A stretch of 64,000 bases of DNA from NCBI GenBank assembly GCA_030390025.1, contig CM059432.1:100194001-100258000 (forward strand). The letters run 5' to 3'. Positions within the stretch are counted from its first letter, which is position 1. Every line of letters starts with the position of its first letter. The notes under the pieces are model-generated. The model was not told the origin of the DNA. It made no database searches and was given only the letters and a program-made list of their open reading frames with translations. A program made the position numbers and the translations under genes. Positions 60,941 to 64,000 of the stretch are shown piece after piece. This stretch comes from Squalus acanthias. Its lineage: Eukaryota.

Positions 60941-63565
60941 GCCTTCGTGCGTGCAGCAGGAGTCCATGGACCTCGCGGATGACAAATTCTCAGAGGTGCT
61001 GATTCTTTCTGAGAGTACACCGTCACAGGGACTCATGCTTATCAAGCACCAGCTCAGATACTCGCACTTCAGTGGGTCCAGTTAGACAGATAGTTGTGTT
61101 TTCACCTGGTGACTCACACTTCACAAGTGAGCAAGAGCAGACTGTGGTGGTAGGGACACCTATGGAGAGTCCACATCGGAGGGCACAGCCCTCTCCAAGC
61201 TCTGCTTAGCTGGACACAGATGCTGTATCCCGGGGGCTGTTGATGAAAAGGATAATCATAGAGGGGCAGTAGAAAATGTGAGACCTGCCGAAGGCATAGG
61301 GGTTGTGCCACATACGAGCGGTAGGACAAGGAAGAGTAAAGCTTTGTAGTTCACAAGGGTATGCACATGGGTGTATGAGAAAATGTTCTGTTGTGAAGTT
61401 TCCGTTTTTTAGTAGAATCAATAACATTTATTACTTTGCACCACTTTCCTGTGTTGCCCATTTTTGGTTGCTGGCCGGCCCTCACCTTTTAACTTGCTTG
61501 ATGATGAATGGGAAGACATGAATTGACGAGGACCAATGGGGGGCTGTGCAATGGGGAGTTGGTTGTTTGCAGGACTGCTTTGTGTCATTGGCTTTGGGGG
61601 CAGGGGTTTGGGGGAGGAAGAGTGGGTGTTGCATGTGGTTCTGATATCAGGCCAGTAGTGGTAACTAACTGAACCTTGCATTAATAAGGGAATCCCTGGC
61701 ACCTTGGGCAGCAATGTGAGCAGCCGGTGCTCCAATGGCATTGTCATCTTCCTCATCCTCCTCCTCTTCTTCCTCCTCCTCGAATTAATTCACAGATGAT
61801 GTGTGCTCAGTGCCTTGTTCCTCCTGCAGCTCCAAACCTCGCAGCTGCGCAATGTTGTGCAGAGCACAGCACAACCATTCTGGAGGCCCAGGCTGGCGAG
61901 TACTGAAGGACACCTCCAGATCAGTCCAGTCACCTGAAGCGCATCTTCAGCAGGCCGATTGCTTGCTCAGTGACACATCTGGTGGTCATATGGCTTTCAT
62001 TGTAGCGTTCTTGGACTTTATTGGTTAGGTTTCATCGGCCAAGTTTGAAGGGGTATCCCTTTTCGCCTAGCAGCCATCCCTCAAGTCTGCTTCCAGGTCC
62101 AAGGACTTTAGGGAGCTTGGACTTCTGCAGGATGAAAGCATCGTGGTAGTTCCCCGGGAAACTTGTGCATACCTGCATAAATATCGTTTTGTGATTGCAC
62201 ACCAGCTGCACATTGATGGAGTGGAAACTCCTGTGGTTCACAAATACTCCTGGTTGATCTGAGGGTGTGCGGATTGCCACGTATGTGCAATCGATGACGC
62301 CCTGCACCTGTGGGAAGCTAGCCAGAGACACAAACCCGAGTGACCGCTCATTCTGACTGGTATCATCAGAGGTGAAATTCATATAATTGCCAGCCCTGGC
62401 AATTACATGACATTAGCCACCTGTCTTATACATTTGTGGGCCGTCGACTGGGAGATCCTGGATATGTCTCCGTCAGAGCCCTGGAAGGATCTGGAGGCAA
62501 AAATTTGAGCACGGTAGTCACTTTGGCAGCTGCTGGTAACGTGTGGCCATCAGGTCCAGCAGGGAGCAGTTATTCTTCTAGGAGGCTGCAGATGTCTGCC
62601 ACAACCTGACGTGACAATCCGAGCCTCCAGAAGCACTGCTGTTCTGAGAGGTCAAGAAAGCTCAGCCTCTGCCTGTACACCCTGTTATGCGGGTCGTGCC
62701 TCCTGCGAGCTGTACCCCGCTGCTGCTCCCCTCTCTGCTGTTCAGCTGCAGGTCTGTCAACAGCAGCCTGTTGCTGCTGGTGCTCTCCTCTATAATGTCC
62801 AGTTCCAGGTCTGTCAACAGCAGCCTGTTGCTGCTGCTGATGGTCATATTGCACTTCGTTTAAGGTTCAATCTAAGGCAGCCAATGCAGCATCCATCTTG
62901 ATCTGATTCAGAAAACCTCCAAAGTGTAGAAAGTAAACTCTCAGCAAAACGTACTGTTGTTGTGGCTGCCGCGAAACACGAATTAAGGCCGAGTCCATGT
63001 GTGGAACACAAAGCTTTTAATTACATCTGCCTGGTAAAATGGCTGCTAACAAAACTCATCTGAAAACTCTGAGGCCACGCCCACTCCTTTTCTCCTGCCT
63101 TAAAGGCAAGGTGCCTTAAAGGCAAGGTGCCCGATTTATTGTCCACGGACGGAAAAGTGGATTGCGCCCGTTTAGGTGGCGATCCGCCACACTGTCAACA
63201 AACTCTTTCTCACTATTAGGTAAGAAAGCAGCTGTGAGTACCAAGTATTTATTGGAGTATTTGCATGACTTTTAATCAGCCCCGTCAATTGCCTTTGTGT
63301 TCTTGCCTTGGTTTCAATAGTGAGTTTCAGGAAGACCAGGAAACCCGTGGATGCGCCATTAAATTTAAAACTGTATTGAAATATTGCCCCAATTGAGCGA
63401 TTAGCATATGCCGAGGGGGTTATGTGCAACCAGCCTAAAGCACCCGAGTTAAATGCGGAAGTCGGTGAGTTGGAGCCAGCTTCCGGACGCGCTCGCATTT
63501 TTGCCAACTTTAACCCCCCCAGTCATATCTAACCCCACACATTCCGCCATGTTAAAAATCCCCCC
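60941..63565 (-). mobile_element. Decayed autonomous-type PIF/Harbinger transposon (transposase on -, Myb-gene 3' remnant on +)
   Basis: Transposase homology; TIR-like end aaaaatcccccc at 63565; left boundary uncertain. Confidence 0.75.
61730..62900 (-). pseudogene. Harbinger DDE transposase (frameshifted)
   Basis: YRQRLSFLDLSEQQC..RL.LSRQ; FPQVQGVIDCTYVAI...FVNHRSFHSINVQLVC...FPGNYHDAFIL...WLLGEKGYP; CALHNIA. Confidence 0.92.
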
Positions 63566-64000
63566 TAAGCCTAACATTCATTACAAGGAAAATTAATCAA
63601 TCACATAGAGAAGTAAAACCAATAGATCACAGAACACAGATTCATTCAGACCTAATGCACCACCTAGTTGTACATTAATAAATTCAACACAAATATCATA
63701 TTTTAAAAAATCAGTTTAAGTTTAATTTCACAAAATCTCATTTTGACCTATCTTAGTTGAATGAAGCAAATATAAATTAATTTTGACCGGATTTAAATTT
63801 TAATTCATGCTTTCAGTTGTTGAAAAGGAAGTTTTTCCTGAATAAGTAAAATATCAGTAGCATTTTCAACATTTACCACTTGTATTAATGGTAAAAGTTG
63901 TATTGCTTATGCATATCACTGCCACCTAGATTCATTCTTCCCACACATACTATTGAAATGAGTGAGAATGTATTTAGTGCCTTTATCCAGCATGCTTTGG

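Noticed and set aside
62032..62382. Domesticated HARBI1 gene
   Set aside because: Frameshifts, an altered DxGY motif (EKGY) and transposon context indicate a dead transposase

Overview
This is a non-genic, repeat-saturated vertebrate window, most likely from a shark or other cartilaginous fish (inferred from SacSINE1/DeuSINE-type SINEs and HER1-like CR1 tails). I cannot support any intact host gene; every ORF with recognisable homology is a decayed transposon ORF. Contents: CR1 LINEs (one with an esterase ORF1); L2 fragments; Deu-domain SINEs; two Penelope-like families with hammerhead-like motifs; PIF/Harbinger transposase and Myb remnants plus many 3-bp-TSD MITEs; an ORF1-only Tx1/L1-type element; and eight LTRs (five related ~1.65-kb solo LTRs, two unrelated solo LTRs, and one LTR with a tRNA-Arg PBS). 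Main observations: (1) an EN-RT LINE family, with six copies or fragments here, that starts with a tRNA-derived A/B-box head, has no ORF1 and appears to lack TTTT on its sense strand, i.e. a candidate Pol III-transcribed LINE or 'giant SINE'; (2) a solo LTR whose U3 carries about 30 clustered A>G changes, consistent with ADAR hyper-editing fixed by reverse transcription; (3) a ~3-kb imperfect palindrome made by inverted LTR-in-LTR nesting; (4) MITEs with covarying hairpins, NRF1/ETS palindromes and arrays of splice donors. Coordinates and counts were read by eye, and boundaries without a TSD are approximate.
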